Assembly: GCF_006345805.1 (NCBI RefSeq)
Contig: NC_043008.1
Location: 76,942,001-77,006,000 of the forward strand
Length of the DNA stretch: 64,000 bases
From: Octopus sinensis
Lineage: Eukaryota
Reading direction: 5' to 3'
Part shown: in pieces, positions 1 to 11,630 of the stretch
How positions within the stretch are numbered: position 1 is the stretch's first letter
How the letters are laid out: each line of letters starts with the position of its first letter
Made by a program: the position numbers and the translations under genes
The notes under the pieces: model-generated
What the model was told of the DNA's origin: nothing
Database searches by the model: none
The model's input: only the letters and a program-made list of their open reading frames with translations

Positions 1-249
1 TATATTTTTTAAATTTTCATCTTGTCTTAAAGTATTAGCACTTAACATTAAAAGACATTTCCTAAGTTTCGCTTTTCTTAATAAATCACAATATTCAACC
101 TTGTAAAATTTGTTTTTCTTCCTTAATGTGCTACTGAGAGAGCCAGGAAGGAGTATTGCAGCGTTTGGAATAGGTAACCTGATTAAATTGCAAATATAGA
201 CAACACTTAAATGTGACAAATAAGTAGTGTGCATATATGCATACATACA

Positions 250-496
250 TGGTAGAATGTCCCAGTGAAAACCTCAATAAAATGTAAGCACAACAGACCA
301 GAGATAATGATTTGGGATAGAGAAGAGAAACTGTGTACATTTGTGGAAATTACCTGCCCAACGGATGTTAACATAAAAGTGAAGATCAGTGAAAAAGAGA
401 ATACCTACGCTGAGCTATTGAGAAATCTACAGTTACTCTATCAAGATTACAAGTTCAGGTTTATATCTAATTATTGGGGCCCTGGGATATGTAACA
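250..496 (+). mobile_element. R4/Dong-like non-LTR retrotransposon, restriction-like endonuclease (RLE) fragment, 5' half of a split copy
   Basis: Translation CKHNRPEIMIWDREEKLCTFVEITCPTDVNI..EKENTY matches the PD..(D/E)xK RLE pattern. It ends in IIGALGYVT and the reading resumes at about 1654. Confidence 0.75.
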
Positions 497-547
497 TACT
501 TTTTTTACATCATTTACATTTGATGGATATTTGTCCTCATCTTTGTT

Positions 548-607
548 AACACAACGTTTCGGCTGATATGTTGACGACACTTAAAAAACCAGCCTTCATC
601 AGGTATC
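548..607 (-). ncRNA. Type I hammerhead ribozyme motif within a short Penelope-type repeat
   Basis: Minus strand reads GAUAC-CUGAUGA-A-GGCUG..CAGCC-GAAAC-GUU-GUGUU: canonical core, 5-bp stem II, stem I GAUAC/GUGUU and a palindromic AACGUU stem III. Confidence 0.7.
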
Positions 608-665
608 TTGGAGAAATTTCGAACCAGGGTTCTCATTCCTAAGGTGTTTTTCGATGTTGCTGCTG

Positions 666-677
666 TTGTTATTATTA

Positions 678-740
<63 letters not shown>
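666..740. repeat. (ATT)n microsatellite
   Basis: Direct reading. Confidence 0.95.
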
Positions 741-741
<1 letters not shown>

Positions 742-1450
742 TCAATGTTTGACTTTTGCTTTACATTTGTACAAGTTGACTCCAAGTCTCACCCAGAGAC
801 CTCAAGAGACAAGTTGGAAGTTCATGTTAGTGCTATGCCTAGTGTGCCATATATTTGGTTTTGTACTTAGTGTTGTACTAATGAATGTCTAAAAAACCAT
901 ACGAAAATTATGTTTGTTTTAAAACTTGAGATTACATAGAAGGTATTTTGCGTAGGATATGAGCAGTTCCCACGAGCACTATCTTTTGAATTTCTGCCAT
1001 TTTTGGGTTTCCTGGTATCTGAGCTAGGTAGCAATCAGCTCCTTTTGCTATCATTCCATGGCACCTATGACAACAGGTATTGTTTTAGTCTTCAGGTTCC
1101 ACATTATGCTGATTCCTATTTCAAGATCATTATATTTGCTCAGTTTTTGGTAGGTCTTGACAGATACGTTTATATCGATTGGGACAGTCATATCAATGAG
1201 GAGGCATGTTCTTTGTCTGAAGTCTTTCAATATGATGTCTGGCCTATTTGTATCTATCTTTCTGTCAGTTTGAATGGTGAAGTTCCAGAGGAGTAAGATG
1301 TGGTCATTTTCAAGTACTGGGGTGGTTTGTGTTCCCACCAGTTTTTTTCATGGGGCAAGTCCAAGTTTTTGAAAATTACCCAGTGAATATATTGTGCAGC
1401 TCTATCATGCCTGTTTAGATACTCTGTAGGCGCTAGAAGACTGCACTTGG
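742..1450 (-). mobile_element. 5'-truncated R4/Dong non-LTR element: RLE domain, C-terminus and 3' UTR abutting (TAA)n
   Basis: Motifs CSLLAPTEYLNRHD, TDRKIDTNRPDIILKD..IDMTVP and EIQKIVLVGTAHILRK, followed by a UTR that runs into TAA repeats. Confidence 0.85.
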
Positions 1451-1517
1451 AGACAGCAACAACAATAACATCGAAAAATACCTTAGGAATGAGAACCCAG
1501 GTTCAAAATTTCCCCAA

Positions 1518-1565
1518 GACACCTAATGAAGGCTCTGGAGGGTATATCAGCTGAAATGTTGTGTT
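1518..1565 (+). ncRNA. Degenerate hammerhead motif (G5A), inverted copy of the 548-607 motif
   Basis: GACAC-CUAAUGA-A-GGCU..AGCU-GAAAU-GUU-GUGUU. About 1453-1625 is the reverse complement of about 497-665. Confidence 0.55.
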
Positions 1566-1653
1566 AACAAGAAACAAGATCAGGATAAATATCTGTTAAA
1601 TGTAAATAATGTAAATAATGTACATAATTCCTCATCTCTTAAATATAGAACTG

Positions 1654-2030
1654 TATGTAACACACTGCCTAAATACCAATCTTGAGAAATTAAGCCAGAA
1701 AGGAGAAAGCTAATTCGAAGACTACAGAACCAGTCCATCCCTGGGACTGTAAAAATCTGTAAAACTTTCCAGAAGTTTCTCATTTAAATATATATATGAG
1801 CATGTCAAGACGTGCAACTATATGCATGAGAATACATACGTAAAGCAAGACATACAAATCTTCACATATACATACATACATACATACATACATACATACA
1901 TACATACATACATACATACATACATACAAAAATATCCTGTTGTTGATATTGACATTCCAATGAAAGAGCCTTGGATCTAGGTTAGAAACCGATTCTTTAT
2001 TGGCAAGAAACCTAGAAATAAAACTGAACG
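1654..2030 (+). mobile_element. R4/Dong-like element C-terminus and 3' UTR, continuation of 250-496
   Basis: YVTHCLNTNLEKL..RKLIRRLQNQSIPGTVKICKTFQKFLI* continues the IIGALGYVT reading that is broken at 496. Confidence 0.7.
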
Positions 2031-2084
2031 ACATACATGTGTGTGTGCGTTTGTCTGTCTATCTATTTTTCTGTCTGTGTATTA

Positions 2085-2715
2085 ACTTTTATTTATTTCA
2101 GTCATTGGACTGCGGGCAGTGCGAGCATGCTGGAGAACTGCCTTGAAGGGCTTAGCCAAACTAATCTAGATCAGTGCTTATTTTTAAGCCCGGCACTTAT
2201 TCTTATGATTGTTTTTGCCAAACCGCCAAGTTACAGTGTCATAAAGAAACCAATACTGGTTGTCAAGCGATGGTGGGGGACAAACACACACACAAATATT
2301 TTATCTTTTACTTGTTTGTCATTAGACTACGGACATGCTGGGACACCGCTTTGAAGAATTTTTTGTCGAACGTATCGACCCCAGTACTTATATTTTAAAG
2401 CCTGATACTTATTTCATTGTTCTCTGTTGCCGAACCGCTATGTTACGGGGACGTATACACACCATCACTGGTTGTGAAGCGGTGGTGGGGAGACAAATAC
2501 TGACACAAAGACACACACACACACACACACACATAGATCTATGTATACATATATACAATGGACTTCTTTCAATTTCCGTCCACGAAATCCACTCACAAGA
2601 TTTTGGTTGACGCCGGGCTATAGTAGAAGACACTTGCCTGAGGTGCCACTCAGTGGGACTGAACTCGGAATCATGTGGTTGGGATGCAAGCTTCTTACCA
2701 CACAACCACACGTGC
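2085..2715 (-). mobile_element. tRNA-derived SINE family B (head, internal microsatellite, duplicated tail)
   Basis: B-box-like GAGTTCAGTCCC head on the minus strand. Homologous to 18115-18540 and 37625-38045. Confidence 0.75.
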
Positions 2716-3414
2716 GCCTACATGCACACACACAAACAACGAGCTTCTTTCCGTTTTGAAGTCCACTCACAAGGTTTTGGTCGGTCCGGAGATACAGTAG
2801 AAGACACTTGCACAAAATGTCGCTCACTGGGAAGCTCAAGACTACCCATACTGCCACGTCTATGCCTCTGTGTGTGTGTGTGGGGGGGCTCAGTAGCTAT
2901 GATGTTGCATTTGTGATCGTAACATTATGGTTTCAATTCCTTGAGTGAGTGATACGTTGTGTTCTCGAGCAAAGTACTTCATTTCACGTTACTCCAATCT
3001 ACTCAACTAACGAAAGAGAACAATTCTGCGACGAACCGGCGTCACAGAATTCGGGAAACCGGCACAACCAAGTTTCGGGAAGGGATTTCTGATATATATA
3101 TATGACAGGATGAACATTTTATTACACAAAAATTTCCTTCCGCTATGTCTGTGCTAATCTGCATGTTTTAAAAGGATATTTTTTAATTAGATTAATAATT
3201 TTTAATTCAAGAAAATCATTTCTTGACATATTGCAAATATATTAAGAAATTCATACACACACACATACATATATGTATATGTACATATATAAATATGTAC
3301 ATATAAATATAAATGTATGTATATATACATGTATATACACATACATATGTACTCACATACACATATATGCATGCATACACACATGCACACACATACACTC
3401 ACACACATATATGC

Positions 3415-4290
3415 ACTAGCTGAGTACCCGGTAATTCCCAGGAAAGCGGGGCTTATCCCTTGGTTTCGTTCTCATAATTCGTTAATCCAATAACAACAAT
3501 ACAAAGTATGTAGCCCTTAAAACGGTTTTTGTGCATTTACAGAGAATACCGAACTGTCTTACACAGGATTTTGTTTCTAGGAATTCCCAATAAGTTATGG
3601 ATATCCAAATCGTGAAGTCAGTTATGTAATAACTTGAAATTAGTTACCCGATAGTAAGAATTCAAATAAAGTAGCCCCGAAAAGGGCTTTAATGCGTTCG
3701 CAGAGTATATAGAACCTGGGAGGAAATACTAATAAGTTATGTTTACTAAAATCGTGAAGCATGTTACGTAATAACAGGCTAATCAGATATGAGATAATAA
3801 TTCAAAGTAAATAACTCTGAAAAGGGCTTTTGTGCGTTCCCAGAGAATATTAACCTCAGGGGCGCTAGTGTTGGTATATTCGTGAATAAGTCACTGACCG
3901 AAATAAGTGGATCTATTGTTTAGGAACATACTATTTACTTGTTTAAGGGCTGTACTGGATAAATTGCGAAAATAACTCTAACAGTTCAAATACTGAGAAA
4001 TAAGCATACTCAGTTTCATTTTTACCAAATAATTTAGGAAAATGAATGAGCTATTTCCCTTGGATCCTTTCCAGTGGCGAATGGGTTATTCCACTTAGTT
4101 TTTAAAATATAATATATCAGATATATAAGGATCTCTTCCAGGGGCCCTATTATCGATTTTTTTCAACAATCTGAGTATGCCATGAGGTTTCCAGACATGA
4201 ATTCTACTCGAGTGTCAAGTTTCAAAATCGATGTAGGAGGAGTTAGCTAATAACTCCACAAACACACCCACAGACAGAATTTCCCCGTTA
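3415..4290 (+). mobile_element. Possible non-autonomous Helentron/DINE-like element with ~140-160 bp internal tandem repeats
   Basis: Starts ACTAGCTGAGTACCCGG. Three diverged units contain AAAGTA..AAAAGGGCTTT..GCGTT..CAGAG..AT. The 3' part reads AAGTTTCAAAATCGATGTAG..ACAGACAG. Confidence 0.4.
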
Positions 4291-4343
4291 GCTCCCACAC
4301 GCATTTTTTCTCTCCTTGTTTCTCTCCTTGCTTTTTTCTGTGT

Positions 4344-4383
4344 ATCTTTCTGTCGAAGAGCGTAGGCTCGAAACGTAAAAGAT
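4344..4383 (+). ncRNA. Minimal type I hammerhead motif, A6U variant
   Basis: AUCUUU-CUGUCGA-A-GAGC(GUAG)GCUC-GAAAC-GUA-AAAGAU: perfect 6-bp stem I, 4-bp stem II and an ACGU palindrome at stem III. Confidence 0.7.
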
Positions 4384-4511
4384 TTTTTCTATATTTTCTA
4401 TTCCTGAGCGCTATACTAATACATTTGTTTGTTTGTACTCCACCTGCCTTCGTCTTTTGTTTATTTTCGTTAACTTTCCCTTTAGTATATACATACATAT
4501 ATGCATACACA

Positions 4512-4512
<1 letters not shown>

Positions 4513-4566
<54 letters not shown>
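4513..4566. repeat. (CA)n microsatellite
   Basis: Direct reading. Confidence 0.95.
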
Positions 4567-4570
<4 letters not shown>

Positions 4571-4901
4571 ATATATATATATACTTCATTTTTGCATCAA
4601 CTTTGCAAGATTTTATGTGAATGTGTGTGTTGAAACAATTTTTGTTGTGTTTAGAGAGAGAGTTCTGGTGCCAATATTATTTATACACGCACTGGTTTAG
4701 TTCTACTCCATTGTTATTAGTCAATTGGTTAAATATCCAACTAATTAATCGATTTGGTTAAATAGTAAGTCATTTGTTTTGTTTTAGTTTGTCAAAGCTC
4801 TTTCGTTGCTACTTGCAACCTTTTGAATGACTCTTGACTTAATCCGTTACGGCGTATACACTGTGTGTGTTTGTGTGTTGTGAGTGGATGTATTACGCAC
4901 A

Positions 4902-4961
<60 letters not shown>

Positions 4962-5071
4962 TACACACACTCTCTCTCTCTCTCTCTCACTCTATCACTC
5001 TCTCACTCTATCCCCCTCTCTATCTCAAACGCACATAACACTCTCTCACTTAATCAGTCCCTCACTCTATC

Positions 5072-5133
<62 letters not shown>

Positions 5134-5619
5134 ACTTCTTTTCTATGTTTGCATACAGTACTTCTGTATTGCCATAGTGCATTGTTAAGAACTCTACACC
5201 AGTGTGTGCGAGTTCAAATTCTGAATTCTGTGAAGTTTTGTTCAGCTAAAGTCTTGTCTTTTTCTGCATACTTTGACTGCTTTTTACAGCATTCTTATGT
5301 TGAATTTACTTTATTGCTCCTAGCTTGCAGTTCAACTTCAACTAAACGAACAGCTTTTACCACAGACATATTATCGATCTAAGTAATTATTCAATGCTTT
5401 ACCATCGCTGATTTCTTGTTGCTGTTGTTGTTCCTGCTGCTGCTTATACTGCAATCAATATTTATCAGAAAAGGTTAAATGTTTACATAGTACAGAAGCA
5501 AATTATAATAAATGGTTTTGCCAAACTGAACAGTGAATGGAGCAAACATCAATATATGTTTTATATTAAGTCTTATGTTAGAAGCACTAAAAATAACCTG
5601 GTAGTTATGTCTATTAGTA

Positions 5620-5990
5620 CAATACGAGTACAATATAATGGCATGAGATATTATCTGAAGAGTATAGTTTAATGTGAGTATAATATCATATGAGTACTGA
5701 ATTATGTGAGTGCAGCATCATGGGATATGGCATCATGTGAGTAGAACATCATGTTGATATAGACTAATGTGAGCACAGTATAGCGTGAGTGCAGAATAAT
5801 GCTGAGTACAGTATAATGTGAGTACATTATCATGTAAGTACATTATCCTGTGAGTACAATATCAAGTAAATACAGTATTATCTTGGAAAATACTATGTAT
5901 GGATAACATAATTTGGATATATTTTGTGATTACAGAATAATGTAAGTACAACATAATGGGAGTGTAAGACGAATAGAATATGACGAGAGT
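5620..5990. repeat. Degenerate 16-bp minisatellite (about GTGAGTACAGTATCAT)
   Basis: Successive units such as gtgagtacattatcat, gtaagtacattatcct, gtgagtacaatatcaa and gtgagtgcagcatcat. Confidence 0.8.
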
Positions 5991-6042
5991 ACCATAAAAT
6001 GGAGGTGCAATATAATAAGACTGAATGTAGAGGGTAACTGTT

Positions 6043-6701
6043 TCAAATTCATATGTGCAACATTTCCTGGCCCAAGTTTTGATGGGTCACAAATCAGAAA
6101 GTTAATGAAATGCCAGAATTTCTCGAGCTCGATGACTGGCGTAGAAAAAAGAGCATGAGATTCATTAGTGGCTACTGTGAAAGGATTTTGAGGGAGTGAA
6201 AATGCTGCAAACTACAAGGATTTGGTGGAGACGTTACTTGATAGCTTTCACCTTTCAGGTTACAATATGAACATACAGCTTCATTTCCTCAATGAGGCGT
6301 GAGAGATGAGCATGATGAGCGTTTTCATCAAGCAATCAGGATTATAGAGGAGAGATATCAAGACCGATGAAACACACACATGATGGCAGACTACTGTTGA
6401 AGTATTCAAAGAAGCTATGTAGCCATGGTTTGTGTTTTATCGACCATAGTAGAGAATTAACAGTATTTGGTAAAAGGTGATGCTATCTTACATTTAATTT
6501 ATCATTTCATATTCTATTGGCATTATAACTTATGGTTTGAAGTTATAAGACTTAGTAAATTACTTACATCATAAAATAGGGAAATGCTATAAAATAAAAA
6601 CCTGATGTGTTTTGAAAAAATACCATATATGAAGTCAGCCTCTCAAAATTAACTAAAAATAACTACAAAACCGAAGTCAGCAAAAAGTGTGTTGACCAGT
6701 G
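6043..6701 (+). mobile_element. Decayed DNA transposon 3' end, probably Chapaev3 (CMC superfamily)
   Basis: Broken translation GSQIRKLMK..MTGVEKRA..NYKDLVETLLDSF..DEHDERFHQAIRIIEERYQ..MMADYC. The terminus is ..ACCAGTG followed by TAA (TWA-type target). Confidence 0.55.
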
Positions 6702-7949
6702 TAATTATTGTTGTAAGACGAACATATAGCTGGATTGAAAAGTAGTTCTTTTTGACCGAAGTCAGAGGTTATTTTTCTTTCGGGAGTGTTTCATTAAATG
6801 TTCTTATAATACAAGAATAAAAATGAGTTAACGTGTGTGGCATCTGGTTGGTGAAAATTTAATGTCGCAATAAATGAGAGAAAGCAAGCAACTTTTCAGA
6901 GAAATATTGTTTATAATGAAATATATATTTGCTGACAGATGTCCCACTGTTGTTCATTGTCATTAGTTCACAATTGGTTAGGTAGTTAAATATTGGGTAT
7001 TATTGCCCTGTATTATAAATATATCAGACGTTTTCAAGTATTTTGAAATGATAAAAATATAGTTCACCCCCTCCCCCATACCCAAATTGCAAATAACTAG
7101 CAAGTACTACTGAAATAATTTACCATATTTCATCAGAATTTCTTGTCCGCCTTCTAGGCTTCGAAGACACATTTATGGTATAACCGGTAAAAGGAATAAG
7201 AGCTGAAAGAACGGGGTTTTGGCTACTGTTGACTCCCATTCAAAGTTATTGCAACTTAAAATCTGCCTACCTGCCTGCCGTCCGGCGAAATGTTTTCCCA
7301 CGAGAGTTCCGGACCCCAGTTATGAACTCATTTGCATTCAGAGCTCAACTATCAAACTAATTTATGAGCGCTTAACAATTGATGGGTGATAAGATAAGGT
7401 CACTTGAGTAAGGAATGACATGCTTCTTTTCTCTTTTAAGAATGCTTGTTGTTCTTGTTCCAACCATGGCTGCCTCTGCGTTGTTATTTGTGTTGTTGTT
7501 TACTTTGTAAAACAGTAAGGGAAGAGGGTTGCTAGCACATCACCCGCTACCCACATTTTTCCCATCCACATTTTTACCATACGGGGCCCTAACAAAATCC
7601 GATAATAGGTATAGATGCAAATTAAAATCAGGCATAACTTGGCGATCGGTCGACTTATAACGTCGTTCTTCGTCTTGAGTTTATTTGGAAGAGTATGTTT
7701 GTTAACTTGACAACAAGGTCAAGGTGAGCTCTGATTGGCTGTATGCAAATAAGTTCATTACTGGGGTCTGGAACTCTTGTAGGAAAAAATTTCGCCAGCA
7801 GGCCGACCTGCCTGCCAGATTGGCTACCTGTCCCACCTCTGTGTCTGTCGCTCCCCCCTCTCTCTTTCTCTCCATTTTCTAAAACAGGAACACCCCCATG
7901 AATACTTAGTGGAAAACAAACACATTCTACAGCAAAGTGACACCTTTAG

Positions 7950-8150
7950 TAACACAACAAATACGCTCTACAATCTAGTGACACACAAATACGCTCTACA
8001 TTCCAGCGGCATACAAATACACCCTAGCGACGCACAAATACGCCCTACACCACAGTGGCACACTTGGCAGTACAACAAACACTCTTCACATCCCAGCGAC
8101 ACTCTTGGTGACACAAAAAACACACTCCACACGACAATGACGAACCTTAC
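7950..8150. repeat. Degenerate ~28-30 bp minisatellite (CACAAATACGCTCTACA core)
   Basis: Repeated acaaatacgctctaca and acaaatacgccctaca cores. Confidence 0.65.
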
Positions 8151-8678
8151 TCACATCAGGTGGCAATACTTAATTTTTGTAGCTTTTACCATCTTGAGAA
8201 AGGCATTTTCCAACGAAAATTGGTTCTAAAAGAAAAAAAAAATGAACTTCAGTAAAGGCAACTAAAATATATAAGTTATGTGAGACGGAGTTATTACTGT
8301 TGGCTAGTCAAGGCCAGACCTGGCCAAATATATTCCACCAATGATCACATGTTGTGACACCTGGAAGCCAGATTTGTATAATTCATCTGAAGTTTGATGT
8401 AAGAAGAGAATTACAGAAAAAGTAAAAGAGGATGGGAGCAGGAAGAGATGGGGTGTAGTTGGAAAAGAAGGTGATGGAGGAAGAAGTGGAGGAAGAGGAG
8501 GTAGAGCAGCAGGAGGAGGTAAAACAACTGGGGGAGGTGGATCAGGAGGAAGAGGAAAGCAAGTGAGAAGAAAATGGTCACAATAAATAGGAACTGATTG
8601 TTTTTATGACGAAAGTATCATTGATCAAGAGATTAGTAGACATTCCCTGGCACATAGGCAGTGCTAAAATGACTGCTG

Positions 8679-9310
8679 TTAGTTAGTTAGTTAGTTAATT
8701 TGGCTCAAAAGCAAATAGCAAGGCCATGTAGGGGGACATGGAGTTAAGTACAGGGTGGTGTTCATGTAAAGAGTTCAGGCCACTTGAGGTCCAGGGAGGC
8801 TTTGAACAAAGCGGTCGTCGGCATCTTCACCATCTCGTCTGGCAGCTTGTTCCACGGATCCGCAACCCGGACGGAGAAAGCTCCTCTCCTTCGATTGAGA
8901 TGAAATCGTCGCAGGTAGAGCTTTTCGGAATGACCCCGCAGCCGACGCTCTGGAGCAGGAGTGAAGAACAGCTCTTTCGAGAGGTTACACTTTCCGCTTA
9001 TGATGTTGTGGGCGAGAATGAGATCACCACGGCGGCGGCGTTTTTCAAGAGAATAAAGGTCGAGCGTTCTCAGCCTTTCTTCGTAGGACAAATTTTTGAG
9101 ACCATGAACCATGCGGGTAGCCAGCTTCTGGACTCTTTCGAGATGCTGTATGTCTTTGAGGAGATAAGGAGAAGAGGCTTGAATCCCATACTCCAATATG
9201 GGTCTCACCAGCGTGACATAGAGTGGTAGGAATATGGCTGCTGTGAGCATTCCGAATGACCGTCGAATCAAGAACAGAATTCCGCGTGCTTTGTTGGCAG
9301 TAGTTGCTGG
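8679..9310 (-). mobile_element. 5'-truncated CR1-clade LINE, end of ORF2 plus 3' UTR and (CTAA)n tail
   Basis: An uninterrupted 169-aa frame LYVTLVRPILEYG..LERVQKLATRMV..LSYEERLRTLDLYSLEKRRRRGDLI..RGHS..FSVRVADPWNKLP, followed by a tetranucleotide tail at 8679-8699. Confidence 0.9.
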
Positions 9311-10828
9311 TTAGCTTCCGGTCAGATCCGATTAGAAAGTTTCACAAACTAAAGGCATTCCAGCCATGACAAATTCGTCTTGCACAGCTACAGTGTAGCT
9401 AATATAAGCCAGTCTGCGACGTTAGGGTGTGATTAATGGAAATATTTAGCTGTTATCGGTAGCAGGTAGACTCTGAAACAGTGAAGTAAATTTAGTTAGC
9501 AATACTCCTTTCTTAGCTATACCCCTTTCTTTAGTCAACAAGAAGAGGAAAAAGGCGGGGGAAGAAAGAGGGAATCCAGCGTTTCTGGATGAACTATTTG
9601 TCAGACAGTTGCTTGCAATTTGGCCACTAACTTTGCACAATAGTGTTTGTGTGTGTTTGTGTATATATGTGTGTTTGTTTGTGTGTCTGCGTGCGTGCGT
9701 GCGCGCGAGCGTTTATGAATGGCAAACATAACTTTGCTGTAATGCAATATCTGTTTCAATTTAATCCCAGATCTAAATTATGCAAGAGCTTAGAGCTTAT
9801 CACTTTAAAATATTCGCTTTTATAAACAAAGAGTACCACACTGTATATTAGTGAAAGTAGAGTACAACACTGCACATTGGTGAAGGAAAAATACAGTATC
9901 GCACACGGATCAAGGAAAAGCAAAATGGGTTGGACTGAACTTAGTACAAAGGGCGCTTTTTATTTTACTGACATTGAATGAAATACAAAACAATGGTGAC
10001 TCATTAAGCGTTTGAACTCGGGATGTAAAATCTCATATTTGCATCAACAACACAGAAACGCATATGTCGCACAATCCAGGATGACGTCATTCGTTGTCCA
10101 AAGTGTTTTCACACGCTGTATAAGAGGAGAAATTTCTCCTGTGGTTGTTTCCACAGCGAAGGATATTTCCACGTCTGACTGTACCCACTGTGTTAGATAT
10201 CATCGTACATGCAAAAGTTTTCTTTAACGCTGCTGTTCGCAGTTCTTATATAACATAATTATCGTTATGCTATGAACAGTGATTTCGATTTTTTATCGGC
10301 TGATGATGTGTAACAACACAAAAACGCAGGTGACCTACGATCCGATAAAGTCATTCATAGCCCAATGTGTTTTCACGCATACCTGCGCCCAAGTTGAGTA
10401 AGTGGAACCATTGAGTTATGGAAAGTTGGTGGTGTGATAGTATTGCTGTTGTTTCGTTCACCTCTCCACATCAACAATACAGCCACCACCGCCACTTCCA
10501 CCACCTAACTCTCTCTCTCCATGGTGAAATATTGCAGGCTGACAGATGTTCAAGATTTTCGTCTTATTACTATTTTTAGTAACTCCCGACGCCAGGAGAC
10601 GATGGGAACAAGAAATCATATAAAGTGTTTATAGAAGGTTGTTGTTGGAGGAGGAGGTGTGGTGATGGTAGAGGTGGTGGTGGTGGTGGTGATGGTGGTG
10701 GTGATGCGGTGCTGTTGTAAACAGTGTGGATGAAAGCTCAACAATTGTTTGTCGAGGAGCAGAGGATAAAGAAAAACGGATAAACTTAGAATTTTAAATA
10801 AATTCTGTGAAAAGACGTGAGAGAGAGA

Positions 10829-10865
<37 letters not shown>

Positions 10866-11377
10866 AACGAAGAGGGAAAAACGGAGAAAAAGAGAGAGGA
10901 AGAGAAAGGGAAACGACCGTTCACAAGGTTAAATGTCAAGTACAAATAAATAAATAAATGAAATAAGATATGAATAAAATTTGAAAGAAAAAAAACATGT
11001 TTATATAGAAGAAAGGATTGTATTTTTCACTAGTTGTCGGTGAAAGATTAACCTTGCATAAAAGTAAACGGGTCACCATGTGACCTACATTAATGAATGG
11101 AATGTCTGTCGAAGAACAAACATATTTAGATCAAGTATTTCAGAAGAAAATAATAAAAGAAAAACATGGCGGATTTTTAAAATAGAGTCGTTGATGGTTA
11201 GAGAAGTATGAATTAAAGTATTCCCTTGACAGGTCGAGCAGGGAGCTGGGAAAACAAAAACAGGGATGCCCTTGGATTTGGTGGCCTCGTGGTTAGGGTT
11301 AGTGGGCTTTAACTTAAAGGGTTATTCAATATTGACACTGACCACCCTTTCCAACACACAAACACAAATTGCAAATT

Positions 11378-11630
11378 TCTTCTTCTTCTTGAGGAAAAAG
11401 AAGAAGAAGAAGAAGAAGAAGAAGAAGAAGAAGAAGAAGAAGAAGAAGAAGAAGAAGAAGAAGAAGCAGAAGAAGAAGAAGCAGAAGAAGAAGAAAAGAG
11501 TGAAGAAGAAGAAGAAGAAGAGAAGAAGAAGAATAAGAAGAGAGGAAGAAGAAGAATAAGAAAAGAAGAAGAAGAAGAAGAAGAAGAGAAGAAGAAGAAG
11601 AAGAAGAAGAGAAGAAGAAGAAGAAGAATA
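11378..11630. repeat. Long imperfect (GAA)n purine tract
   Basis: Direct reading. Confidence 0.95.

Noticed and set aside
1955-2000. Hammerhead-like CCAAUGA..AGCCU/AGGUU..AGAAAC in the R4-like 3' UTR
   Set aside because: It has two core changes and I could not build a stem I or a valid cleavage triplet.
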